From Haplodiscus bocki (lineage: Eukaryota): a stretch of 64,000 nucleotides of DNA. The DNA lies in the NCBI GenBank assembly GCA_965655095.1, contig OZ296650.1, forward strand, positions 53,754,001-53,818,000, read 5' to 3'. Below, piece by piece: positions 13,401 to 27,300 of this stretch (position 1 is its first letter; each line of letters begins with the position of its first letter). The position numbers were made by a program, and so were the translations under genes. The notes below the pieces were generated by a model. That model ran no database searches and was not told where the DNA came from. It saw nothing but the letters and a program-made list of their open reading frames with translations.

Positions 13401-16400
13401 ATTGATAGAAGAAACGGAAGCTGTAGTTACGTAGAAATTTGACTTCGACAAACGCCTTGAAAAAAATTGTTCTGTCTCTATAATACTTTTCCGTAATTTT
13501 GGAGGCTGGGAGAACCATGGGATGAAAAAGTAGTTTGTCGATGTAAGGAGCCCAATCCTTTCTTTCAGTGGAAAGAAGTTATATTAACCCTTTATCTGGT
13601 CTGATTTCATCTCTTTTCAAGCATACATGGGTTTGTAACGGTGAAGATTTCATTTTTTTTTCGTTTCTGTTTTTGATGTAGCATTCCGTGGAAAGTTGAA
13701 AGCTTTTGCAAAAAAATCTGGAATCTCTTAACTAACGTTTTGTACTTTCAATCGCCTTCTCGTTTTTAACAGAAAGTTTCTTCATTTTCATAAATTTTCC
13801 TCTACTTTCTCATAAGCATCAAGTAATCTTTTATTACAAAAAGACCTTTATGATGGATTTAACGCTATTTTCTGTAGTGGAATTTCAATCTAATCCATTA
13901 ATCTTTCTATCAGTCAATTTTTTTTCTTTCAGGCAGTTCGTAAGGTTTTTGCCTAAAATCCTCACCGATTTCTTTATTCTCACTTCAAATCTGTTTATGC
14001 TTCAAATAAAATATCATCATCATCACCAACCGCTTGGACTTGAGTTGTTGCTTTTTCATCTTTCTTGTATGCACAAGAAGTTTCAGAGTTAAATTTACCA
14101 AATTTATCTTGTAAATTACGCTTTGGTGAGATTTCGAATTAAAACACACTTCATACAAGCTAAACCTAACTTTTAAAAATCAATTACGAGGATATAGACA
14201 AAAAAGGAAAAACAATAGAATGTTTTTGATAAAATATCACTCAGAAATTCGTTCTAACGCGCTAGACATGGATTTTTTTTCCAGCTTTTATGTTTTTGTC
14301 ACTGTTTTGTCAGTTATAGTTTTTTACGGTAGCCTTCCTTGAATAAGAATCAAACTGAATTTTAGTATCTATCGTGTATATTCCGTCTGAAAAAATTGGG
14401 AAAGAAATTACTTCAGTGATGCATTTTGTGCTTTTAGCAGAAATCATGAATGTCACGCAGTTTTTTTGTAGCAGGCTTTTGAGCGTCTTTATTAGTACAT
14501 TAAGACGTTGTCATCGAAGATAAATATCTTTTGTTGTAAAGCTTTCCAAAGCTTTGCAAACCTTTTTCAATAACATAACATCCAATTTACCTTGTTTTTT
14601 TCCAGAAAATGACGTTTTTTGACATATTCTAAGGGTTGCCAACAAATTAGCTCGTTTTTCCTTCCAAATTGGGTTCTTTTGGTGTATCTGAATGAATCAA
14701 GAGAACTTGTTTCAAAACCTCTACAAATGAGTTGTCCCAATTTTTTTTCAATTTTGCTGTTTAATTGTTTCCACTTCAAGACCTCAACTGTTTTTGCTCA
14801 AAGTTTTTTTCGTTTTCTTGGCTTTTTTTCGTTAAATGGCCTAAATTAACGAAAAACAATCCGAAAAAGGTTCACTTGGAGCATGTGGTTCTGTACGATT
14901 TGATTTTCCTAAACTAAGTCTCAGCTATAAAAATCTCTCAAAATCTATGCATTTTCCAGCCTTGGTTTTCACAGTTGTACTTTTTCAAAATCACCAACTC
15001 AAATTCAGCCATCAACGTGCTCGCAGTTTGTTGAAGGTCATTCTATGTGAAAAAAGATCGCCTTGAATTTTTTTGCTCCTTAAACTTGCAGGCTAAAATC
15101 TGATAAAAACTCAAAGCGTTTGTTTTTTTTGTCGAAATTCAAATCAACTGTTCTCAATTACTTTCTTGCGATCTTCATCCATCAACTTTTCTGTCATTTA
15201 CTATAATTACGTGAACGGATAGTCAACACAAAAATTTTTGCATTTCGGTTTTTGCAACGGACAGCGTTTTAACCAAACCAGCAACAACTTCATTACGTAG
15301 AATTGTCTTTGATACTCAAACTGTTTTTTCAAAACTACCAGCTAAGATTTCTCCACCGAGTTTTAACTTGGCCGTATCAAACCTGTTGAATTTCTTGCAG
15401 AAATATCGTCTACGGTTAAAGTTGTCTCGTCGAAAACTTCATGCACGGCAGCCAAAAAAACTAAAAAGCGGAAATTTTTTTCTCAAAGTTCAAACCTGCA
15501 AAGCTCCGAAAATACCGACCGAAATTTTTTCATGAAATATACATTCAGGGAAATCATACCAAACAAAAACTTTAACTCAACATATCCTGCATTTCGTTGC
15601 TGGCAAGAGAAACCTGACAGGTCGACTATGCCAATTGTTTCACGATTTTGGAAATTGTTCTTTTATACCAGCTCTTTTTCTGCTCAGACAACCGCCAAGC
15701 ATTCTTCAAGCAGGATGTCAATTGATACATTTCTTTTGGCAAAAGGTCCTTCAAAAACTATTATCTCTGAAAATTGTCCTGCCATCGGAAATCTTTTAGC
15801 TGAAAACACCAAAACGTGCCTGTATGATTGACTTCTGAGGAATATCAACCCTAATGTTCTCCCAACGTACAGGCTGCATTGTTTCTATCATTCTGTCAAC
15901 CCACGTTTGTCTTTCAAATATCAACTCGACTTACAAAACTTTTGTTTGGTTCCCAGTAATTCAAACTTAATTGTTGGAAATCGCCGACAAGAGCCGCAGT
16001 CACTCTGCAATAATTTTTGTGGAAGTGCAAAAGAGGAAAAAAATCGACAATACAACAAACGATGTTCATTAATTTTTGAGCTAAAAATTGTTGATTGACT
16101 TTTTGTTGCAAGAAATCAAGCCGGTCAATATGAAAATTTGAGAGTTTGAATCTGGAGAAAGTAAGGAATTAACTTGTGATTTTTACTACTTTCAGACCAT
16201 AAAGTTTCCGATTTTTGTATAGAACCCATTTGTTTTTTATCACAGACCCCTTTTCCGAATAGAAGCTGTACTTTAAAACTATTCTGAAAAAAGTTGCACC
16301 AAAAAGTATGAACAAATTAGAAGGAATATCGAAATGTGTTGATAAATAAACCGCAATCGATCACATATAGAATATGAAGCTTCGAAGGCAAAGATCAAGA

Positions 16401-19400
16401 TGGAAAAATGTTCTGTTGAGTGGTCTTCCCCACTTAAAAGGACGTTGATTTGAGTCAATCTCGGAAAAAGTGGAGCTGGTTAATAGGTAGAAATGTAGTT
16501 TTGAATGTCCTTAGATGCCAGTAATATCAGGAATTTTATCAGGTTTTGCTAATTCAAGTTTGCGGCCAAAGAAAAAACCGATGACTTTCTCGTCACATAA
16601 GTGCTGCACCAACAAGAAGTTACTGGCTGGGCATTTAGTGGGGGAGGTCAAGAAAGTAACTATGGCGAAATAAGCACTAAAAAACAAGTTACTTCAAAAT
16701 TTGAAACCTTTTTTGAACCTTTTTAACTTTTTGTCTCTTCACGCCAGAAACAATTTTGACGAAATTTCTCAGCCGGGCTAAAAAAAACGATTGAGACAAT
16801 GATGGAAAAATTTAGGCAGTAGCAAAGAACACGCACTTTGAATTCGAGTTATATCAAAAAAAATTAACTGGCAGTTTCATAACCTCGGCGTTCCGGAAAA
16901 AACATTTTGAGCGATGTTCTTCCAGTTCAGAAGTGTTTTGCTGGTAAAATTTTCGATTGAGACCACTTTGATGCAAATCAGGTTGGTAGTTTTGTTAGAA
17001 GTGAGCTAGTGTTCCGATTTCTATAATTTTATACGGTCTTTTTTGGCATTTTTCAACTGTCAAGTTTGTGGAAAAAAATGTTTTTCGAAGAATTCACCTC
17101 CAGGAAAAAACCGTTGATTGAGACTTTTGCAGCAAGAACGAAACATGTGCTGCTGAGAAAAACCGTGATGTTGACTGTCCATGTAAGTCAAAAGTAACTG
17201 GAAACTTCGGAGATTTCAACTTTTGAAGATTCCCCCCAAGAAACAACGGCAAATGTTGTTTGGTTGCATGATCTTCAACAAAAAAGAAGCTGCTGACTCG
17301 GACGTCAATGGAAGAGATCAAGCCATTAGTGATGAAAAAAAATGAACTTGAAATGCTTGATTGTTCGAAAATTATATAATTTTTGCATATTTCAAACTCT
17401 CAGGTTTCCCACGCATAGGAGTAAAACGACTGTGTTTCCAACCGTTTGGTTCTCAAGTGGTCAAAGGCTGCTAATGCTGGAGGAATTGAAGCCAACTGTT
17501 GCAGAGAAATACGATTTTTCAAAGTTAAAATTGAAATTATTTTAACAGCAACAACTTTTTTGGCATCTCTGTACTATCAAGATTCCGACGCAACGCACAA
17601 AATTGATGACACTTTTTTGCAAAGCCCTTTTCAAGTGAGTTATTGTTGGCGGAGACCTTGGCGGATGTAATCATGAAACAGCTTTTGCTTGAAATGAGCC
17701 TGACACGCAATTTTTTAAAATTGAACGGATTTTTGTGCTATCCTGAGCCTATCGGAATACACACGCAAAAAAAACATCTGGTTTCTATAGTAAGTAGTCC
17801 ACTTGTCTTCAAGTCCCTGACTGTTGGCTGAGATCTTCCTGAAGGTTATGAAACAAACATGTGGAGCAAAAAACAATGAAATGACTTTGAAAACGATATA
17901 CGTCAACATTATTAGCAACTTTTAGACTTTTAGGATTGCAGCGGAGTGAATGCAACTGATTTTTTTTCTAATTGGAACACCTCTCTACCTGTGAAAAGTT
18001 TCCATTTAGAACCATGATGATAAAAAGTAACCAACTTTTTTCGGGGAAAGTGAATTTCTTCATCAAGTAAACAGTTTTGCATTTTGGTTTTCACGGAATG
18101 CGGGATAAAAAACTAGGTGTTCCAATAAATTCATTTTGAAGTAGGAAAGTTTTTTTTAGAAAATAAAGGTAAAATTTTTGTATAGGAGTAGTGATTTCCA
18201 AGCTGAAAAAGGATTTTCCAAGCATAATGTGAAAAAAACCCCGAAAAAAATGAAAAATGATAAGTTTTGCTAGGTTAAACACTGAAGACAAAAGTAAAAA
18301 ACAGCAAAAAATTTTCCCGCTTTTCTGCAAAAAACATCGTTAAAAATGGCAGAACAGATGCGACAGGTTGCGGACAAATCCAACATTGAGTTTTGGGAAT
18401 TAAGATGTAGTATAAAACCATTAGGAAAGTTTAAAATAATCAAAAAGTTGAAAAGCCTCTAAATTTTCCCAGTTTTCACCAAACTCATAAGAAAACCTCA
18501 ACACTTGTTTCTTGAGTCATATGTTCAGAAGGACATTTTGAGCGAAAAATATGCCGAACAGAAAAGAATCAGAAACTTTCTTTTCGACCGTCGCGCATTT
18601 TTCCCGCCTACAGTCCAAAATATTTGGAATAATCCGACATAATTCCATATGTAGCGATAAGCTGTTTTCACTCTAAACTATCACTAAAACTACTGTCACT
18701 AAAACTTTTCTAAATATTAGCTTTAGGAAAAATGGTGGGAAGCTTGGAAGAGAGTTCACGGGCACACCAAGCGAGAGATAACGCTGAATGGTGAAATCAC
18801 CACAAAAAATTGCACTGATTGAATTAAAATTTTCCCGTTTTGTACTTGGTTGTAGAACTGGAAAAAAGCCCTTCAGTTCATATTAAATTCTTTAGGAACT
18901 GACACATATGAGATTGGTACGTCAATTATTGCAACATGAACATGTCAACATGTACTTGGCATTTAAAAGAGTTATACGTCACCAAGTGTCAAGTGTCTTG
19001 CCCTCATGAAGGAGATTATAACTATTTACAAGTCCCCAAAAAATTGTACGTTTATGTTAGTCTATGTTAGAACCTTTTTTGAACTAAAATATTTTTGCAA
19101 GCTGTAGGCTAGTCACTCATAGATGTATAAAGAGTTATTAGTTCCCCTATCCGAGTTGTACAAAAATTGAACACTATTCAATCAAAGTTAAACTTCGGAA
19201 AAAAGTGTTGAAAAGAACTTATCGACAAAAAACAAGCAACCAGAAGGCATCTAAAACAACTAAATACCTTCTGTTGGAAGCGAGTTTCAGTCACACATGC
19301 TTTATGTGCTTTTTTAACCTTCAGTGACTGCTTAACTTCCATAGAGAAGCTTTTTAGAAAAATCTGTGAGAAACGCTATGCTGAACTAATTTTCGTTTGA

Positions 19401-22400
19401 CACAAATCGATTGATAACCTGACCGATGAAAGAAGATGTTGCGTGAATTGAGATGAAAGAATCAATTTGCTATGCAGCTGTTCTCATCATTTTCTGTCGA
19501 AGCCGATGAACAGCGATTAATGTAGTCCACATGAAAAGGCATTTTTTGTCATCAAACTTTTGGAAGCCTTGTGATTTGAATTGACTCCTAATTTGATCCT
19601 TCGGATTAACGATTGACGGAAAAGGATGTTTGTTCTTCATACTCTAGTAACACGGAAGATAAAACTTTGACTTCCATCGAATACTGGTAACACTGCTGAT
19701 GAAACTAAATAAAATTTAAAAGATTCAATCATTTAGAATCGGTTGAAGCATCGCACATTCAATTGGGACAGCCGCATAACATAAATATAACTTTGAGGAT
19801 GTTTTGTCCAGACTCCTTTTTTGAGCACTTTTTCCCATAATTTTCATCGTTCTATGCTGGAAACGACAGAGGTTGCCACTGCGATAATTATTAATCCGTA
19901 CGCATCCATAGAGTTTGTGTTTACCACCTTGGATGTCTCATGATTTAATCGCCATTTTTGAATTAATTTTTCTATTTCCCGAAGATAGTAAAATTTGGGT
20001 CATAACATCGGTGACCTGACACGTGTTTTCGTTGCTACCACTTGGCTAACACGTAAACACGCAACCAGCAAAATGAGAAAAGTTGTCACTACGGATTTGG
20101 TGGTAGAGATTATTTCATATCACCCAGAATACTTACTGGAAGCCTTTATTTCTTCACTCTGTAAATACTATCGATCAGCTCTTAATATTACAATTCATTC
20201 ATTTTTGAAAACAAGCAGCACTAACCGCTATTTACTCAAATCTTTATTTTAAGTCCTAAAACTTCTATGTTGTCATTCGCAGTACTTAATTGACTCAGAC
20301 ACAGAATCTAATACGTTCGTAAGATTTTACTAAGGACAAGGGCTGGGTACATGGAAAAGACAGGAGTTCAAACAGAAAACCAAGATCAGAACTCTTGAGT
20401 CTGAAGTAGAAGTAGTCTATCACACGAGCAGTTAGAGGAACTCATCCGTCAGCAAATCGATGCGTTGACTAATAAATTAGCTGTAATGAGCGAGTTGTTT
20501 TGAAAGTTAGATTCGGACCCCAACAAGCGAATCTGTTGGTATGGAATGAGAAATACCATCACTCCGTGACCAAGATCATCGGCTGGCATTAACGAACAAC
20601 TTGCAGCGCTCTGTAAGTCTCAATACTCAGCAGACTTTAAAAAAAGTAAATTGACACTTAAAAACATATATATATTTTTATTTTTTTTGTATTAATATAC
20701 AAAGGGAAGAAAAACTTCTTGTTTGTTACGCAGTTTTAAGCAAAACGAACGTCACGTACACAAGAAAAACACTAGTTTAAACGAAAAACGTTTTTGAGAG
20801 CTGAAGAGGGACAAGAACCCGGCATGGAGCGATTCTTAAATTGTTACTAAAAATAGTTTCAGTGCAACGACTCCGGAAATTTATAAATCAAAAGTGGCAA
20901 AGGCTTCTGGGGAGAAAACAGCTAGAAACCGTTCAATCATCGTTACCCTAGCTTAGTACACTTTGAAGATGACTTCAATGCTTCAAAAATTTCTGCTTTT
21001 TTAAAACATTGCTACAAGAAAACTGAGTACTCACACTTCCAATCAAAATCTTTGTTCCGCATGCAAGAAGAGCAATTTTTTTTGTCTTATCCTGTAAAAA
21101 CGTATCAAAAAACTTGTCTGAAAAATAGTGGCTTAAGAATGCCGAAAATGTCTCCAGGAGGTCTTCAGTTTTCTTCACTAATTGTGAGTTTACGTCAAAT
21201 ACACGTTCAACAAATACAAAACGAAGACTAAAAACGCCTTTGAACATGTGTGATCACATGGATCAGTGATAGGAGCAGGCGTTCCATGCCTTGCAGTGGG
21301 CAAAAAAGTCCTGATTTGCGTTCAAATTTGGGGTACTGGTGTAGAAGTTTTGGGCACTAAAATTTTCCGTAGACCATCGTGCTTCAATATTACCAACGGA
21401 TTGCTGTCTACTAAGAGCAAGGGTTGAAACAATTGTTTCCTTCAACCAACCTTTTGCTCCAGACAATTTGTCCGCAAAACGTTTTCTTTTATTTACAAGT
21501 GTTGATTGGGAATTTTTACTCGTTCTCTGTGATGAAAACTCAAAATTATCTTCATTCCGACTTGAAAAAGAGAAAGTTTGGACGTCGTGTATTCTTTCCA
21601 TCAATGCTTTTTTTCAGAGTTTCGAATCTCAAAGTTTTCGATTTTACCTTCCATATGATTGTTTTCTACTTCTGTGTCTGGAAGTAAAACCCGTTGAATT
21701 GGCCATTTATCCTGTCTTAGGAAGTCTTGTGGAGAAATAACCTTCGAGTTAATTTTTGGATTAAGCAGACGAAAATTTGAGTTTAGTGGAAAAGTATCTT
21801 AGCCACTAATTGTACAAAAACTTTAGAACGAACACTGGAAATAGCAAAATTTGTGGTTTTTTGGGGAAAAAAAGGGTTCCTAAAGAAAAAGCATTAAATT
21901 TCACAAAATCGCTAAATTTGCAAGTTTTTGGTAGAATGCGTATCAATTGGTAATGTTTCTCAAAAATGTGTTGTCGGAGAGTTTCTTTTGGCTAGAAATC
22001 AGAACACTTTTAAAGGACTAAAATTTTGAAAATATATTGAAAAAACAGAGTATTCTGGAAGAAAAAAAAATTGTAAACGAAAATAAGAGAGCGCGAAACA
22101 TGCCGGTGCAAGCCGGCAGAAAAAAAAGTGTAACAAACTGCTAATGTCCTGTGCCTTCATTAAATTAGGTTGAGGCTCTGACTGTAAAACGAAACTCTTC
22201 CGCTTTCGCAATTCAACGATTACCTCTACTGGTGAAATTACGAAGTGTCTTTCACATGTTTGGATGTTTTTTCCGCTTCTTGCCAGATTCCCGTTGAGTC
22301 AGATCTGCCATTGCTGGCTAGTTAGAGACAAACCCTCAGATAAAAAAGAACGCCCAATGGATTTTGCCACATCCCAGCAACCTTCAAACGAACAATGACA

Positions 22401-23759
22401 AAAGCTTTGAAAAGTGTTGCTCCACAAGTACGTAGTCTCAATATGTAATACTTCAATGCTGTTGCTTTTTCAGTAACCACTTGCAGTGATCTGACAGAGT
22501 TTGTCCGCTCCAACAAGTTGGGTTAAAATTTCAATCCTAGCACCAACAAAATTATTTAAAAAAATAAACGCAATACGCATAAAGGAATGGAAAGTGGACA
22601 AAGCTAATAATTACCCTGACTTTGAAGCAACCGATACCATTCCTAAGTGCCCTGACTACATCCTCCCAACTGCATGGAAGTACGGAGTTGTCTAGGATCA
22701 ACTTATTTTGATGGGGAGTTCAACACTCACTATATAGCAAAAGTGGAAATCAACAAAATTTTTTGCGTGGTCAGAAAAAGCTCATGCCGCCTTTGGTTAA
22801 ACCAATTGAGCTCTATTTTGAGCTTGTCCCGGGTTTGCACCCAAAAATCAAAGATTGTTCTCCTTTTTGAAAGGTGTATATCATGCGGCCATTTTTGGAA
22901 ACATCCATCAATAGCAACCCTGGAAAAACTACAGAAAACCTAGCCTCATTTGTTATGGAAGCTGGAATTTGAGCGAGGGCGAAAGAAGATACAAAGCACC
23001 ACAAGCTCAAAAAAAATTTTCATCTACCCTGTTCAAAAAAGATGTTCCTTCTTTGGTAGACCGAAGTTCAACCATCGACTGGGAAAAACACACCGCTTGG
23101 CTAAAAGCTCAAGTTATAGACAACGGAAGAATTACTTGATGGGACCAAAACCATATTGAAATGAAGCACCAAGACTGAACGAAACATCGAAACACTGTTG
23201 AACGCAGCAGGAAATCCTAATTCTGCCAACAACGCAAATATCGCCTGCGCGAGCAAACTTTAGTACTAGGAAGAGTTTCCATTTAGTTCAAAATTATTTT
23301 AGAACGACGGGTTTCCTACATACTGAAAGCTGATTGTCACTGAAATGCAAAAGAGCTGCTCATTGTTGAATTGCTAAAATTTTTTTCTCATCTCTGCCCA
23401 GTGCTGCTTCTTCATTTCTTTCGATGGGAGGTGCCTGAGCAAAAACACCAAACTTGGAAGTCAAGTCAACTGATGGAGTGAATTAAATGAGATGGCATAA
23501 AACAACCAAACTCATAGACAACGAAAATTGCACGAGGTTACGATGTTGTGGGTTTACAGAAAACCCAGACTGCTCACAGCCTAATTCAAGCAACTCAGCT
23601 GATGATGGTTGGTTTCAACAAAAAACTGGAAAAACAGAAGAATAACTTCGCGCAGTCAGGAGGAAGGCGAAGCGCTAAAACCGCAGAGGAGGAACCACGT
23701 TGCTAAAAACATCGAGACACTCTTTTCCTCAACGAAAACATTCAAAACAACAGTATCCC

Positions 23760-24330
23760 AAAGGTCTCATTGTCCTTACCCAGTTGCAGAAAGCCGAATT
23801 ACTGCTGGTTGCGTACGATGAAATCTAATATCAAGGAGCACACAGTGCTTCTCAACATAATATTGAAAACTTCGAAGGGCCGGATTGCACGACACAGTTA
23901 CTAATTTAGTGTCTCGTTATCATTTTTCACACTAATTGAAAATTCTGCATCCAAATCAATTTCCCGTTGGAATCGGTCAAGTTGAACTCATCCAGCTAAC
24001 TTTTGTAAATGGACTTTTTTTAAGGTTGCCAAAGAAACACGGGTAACGCCAAATTGTTCGTCATGATCGACCATTTCTTAAAATTTGTTCAGGATGGTGC
24101 ATGTAAATATAACGTTGATCAAGAGGGCTTTGATTATTTGAGAAAAAATACTTTCTCTTTCACCATACAGATCTTCACCCCATGTCTAGCCTAGCAACGG
24201 ACCAAGATATTTTTTGAATCTAAAACAAACTTTCTTGCCAGCAAACTTCGGCACTCAAGATGTTTCCAGTCCTAAACATCCACGACAGAACGATTTGGCC
24301 TAGAGAAAAAAACTAAACACTCCTCAATGA
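23760..24330 (+). mobile_element. Highly decayed Ty3/Gypsy-like integrase remnant
   Basis: Broken frames give MDF(F)...GNAKLFVMIDHFLKFVQ (~24009-24092) and SSPKHPRQNDLA*RK (~24265-24309), matching the rve motifs LVxxDxFSKF and SSPYHPQxNGxAER. No LTRs identified. Confidence 0.55.
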
Positions 24331-27300
24331 ATTCCATTTTGGTCTCAGAAATTTTCGGGAAGGGATTCAGGGAAAAGATGTCGAAGAAGTGTTGTGTTCA
24401 AATGTCCAGTTAGTATTAGGTCAGGTGTCACACCAAATTTTCTTCCATAACTAGTTCCGCCGGGCAATTTTTTACAAAGTTCTTGAAATAGTTTGCGTTT
24501 TAAGCCGGTTCATTCCCAAAAAACATTCAAGAAACTCATTCCCACTTGGCGGGTTGACTAATTGTCACCTACACACATCAAAAGGGAGTATTGTACCTGC
24601 TTTTCATAGCCTTTGAACAAATAAATTTCAATCTTCACAGCAGTTCTGTTTAGATGTTTCTCAAAGTGGGAAAAACTACAATAATCTTTTCTGCTGACGA
24701 AAGTGGATCCGATGAGCATGCAGATTTCTCTGGAAACGTAAACTCCGGCTGTTAAGAGCATTTTCCGTGTCTGCTTCTGAACAAATTGTCTTCACGATCA
24801 AACTCAAAATTCGCGGGGACTCAACTCCATAAGTATGCCAGTATAAAATTCAGGAGTTCTGACATTGAGTCCGATGAATTTGACGCAGACATCTCTTGAG
24901 ACAAATCAGGAAAAATCTTTTGTGCTCACTTTCTTCTTTAAGTCAGAACAACCGAGAAAAGTTGAGTAGCATGAAAGTCAATTTTCGTCAGACTTTATTG
25001 TTTCAGATCACGAGCAGTCTACACGAATGGAGCCACAGATCTAACTGCGGCTTCGCCGAACGATTATGCGGCTCAGAAGGCCAAAATTTCCCTCTCAATC
25101 ATCAGAGCCAAAAAACTAGCGGCCGATCGGATGAATTCGAAACAAGCAACTTCACAGTTAGCCAGAGGACTTCTCTGGAACGAAAATAGTTTGACATCGG
25201 AATTGTCTGATCGACATATAAACCAATGAAAATAAAAACCTTTCCGATGCCAAAAACTTTCCAAACATAAAACCGATGAGGTTTGCGAAGATCCGTGAGC
25301 GTTGGCGGGATTATCGATTGTTCTTAGTTGGTGGAAGTTATTTTAGAATTTTACTGAACTTGCCGTAGATTTTTTGAAGGAATGTCACGATTCACTGAAG
25401 CAGGACATGATTATGCTCGAGGAGCACCCTGAGCTAGAAAAAGAACAGTCATGTTCTGTAATAGAACCCAACCCTATCCAAAGTAGCTTTTTATTTGACA
25501 CCGGAAAAACACTTGAACAATGAGGAAGAATTTTGCCAGTTTTCCTCTGCTTCAATGAAGCAGAAGCCATTCTAAATTAACCAAACCTAACTCAACAAAT
25601 TATCAAGCCCTTCAACAGTGATTGCGAAATTTTTTGATGTAAGCCCGAAAACAAACCAAGTGAAAAGAAACAAACTGCCTAAAATTTGCCTACACAAGAG
25701 AGCAACACACTAGATTTTGGCGGATTAACCAAACAACAGCAAACGGCCAAACAAACGGAAATTCAGTCAAAGAACAACCTGATTTTTTACTTTTGGGAGA
25801 AGTACAAGTATAATATGGACAAAGAAAGTGGGTTTTTGGCGTTCATTTGAAAAAAAAAGGCAAGAAGGAGTACCTCTGGACCATTGTAGCTGCTCTTCGG
25901 CTTGTCGCCGCAGATCATAAATTGTGTGGTCTGCGCTTCCCAGATCTGTACGATTGTCTACTCTAAGCATTTTCTCGGTAGGAATCCGGTTAAAAATTAC
26001 GGAACAATGGATCTTTCAGTTAAAAACCCCGTTAATCTAAGCAAAACCTCTTGCATGAATGCTCTCACTAATAGCTGTGGACTTGTTGATCTATTCAGAT
26101 CCTTGCTGAGCATGCTAAAATTAGCAAAAAAATTCAACAAATAGATTTTGATCCACCAGTAGGATAAAAGTTGCACATAGAAACACCTACCCATTGCCGG
26201 CGCTCAAAACGTGAACCGTCCTTTTTTAGTACCGGTTTTATAACTGAAGTCCCAGACCCTGTAATTTATAAACCTGTACACCTCAGAGGAAATGAAGGTG
26301 TAACGAATTTTTTACCAGAGTGAAAATGAAGGGAGAAACTTTTTCATCGACCTTCGTATCCTTGTTAAAAATCTTTTCCGATTTTCGCTCCTACGGGACC
26401 AACAACTTATGTGTCCTTGCACACCTTGAAAAAGGACTAAAGAACTCTTTCGCTGACGTTTTCCATAACAGCTCGTTCTTCAATTAGAAAATAAAGCACC
26501 AGACTTTGGTCTTAAAAACTTATCAGTTCTTTTTTCATTTTGACCTTGATTTTTAACGAGAAGACAGCTGCAATTCATTCTACATGTTGTCCTTAGTGAT
26601 ACAGCTTTTAACTACTCCGTTTGCGCAAACTAATTGCTTGTTATTAAATAACACTGAAGTCATCCTATCAAGTGGTCGAGAAAATTTTTAAAGCCAAACC
26701 TCAATCCTAAATCTAGCTTAAGCCTGTGTTCTATGTTTTCAGGAATGAGTTACATTTTGTGAACACCGCTCAGGAGAACACACTTCTGTACGGAAGTACC
26801 TGTCCGCTTCACTTTCTTTTTGACCACGTTAGAGCTCGCGTCTGTGGAAAAGATAACGGAAACAGACCCTGCAAGGGATGGACACTGCCCAATTTGGTGC
26901 AAACTTGTTCACAAAAACTGACTACCTTCCGTTAGGAAACGTACAGATTCCGCAGGCTCTGGCAACTCCAAATATCCACCCGAAACATTCCCTGCGGTAC
27001 TCAATGGCCATAAATGAACCACTGTGATGCGCTTTAGGAAGTCGTTCGAGCAGTTCGATTGAGACGTACCACGATAGAGACCACTACCTCTATTCCTCAT
27101 ATGCGGATCCTTCTTTTGTTGAATGAAAGTGAAACCACCATCGAACGCCGATGGCACATCAATAACTGATTCCCAATAAAAAAGCAGTCTTTAGAAATGA
27201 CTTTTTCTACAAATCTCTTCTCTACTTGTTACCAATACAGTGGAAGTTTCACTACTCTAAATCCTTCCGCAAAAGCTTGCTAACAAACTATTAGATCAAG

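Noticed and set aside
14510-14540. KIFIFDD on the - strand as the Walker B of an ATPase
   Set aside because: No matching Walker A could be read upstream, and a single short motif is insufficient.
20975-21740. Cluster of 87-113-aa ORFs on both strands
   Set aside because: No recognisable domain or homolog elsewhere in the window, so it cannot be supported as a gene.
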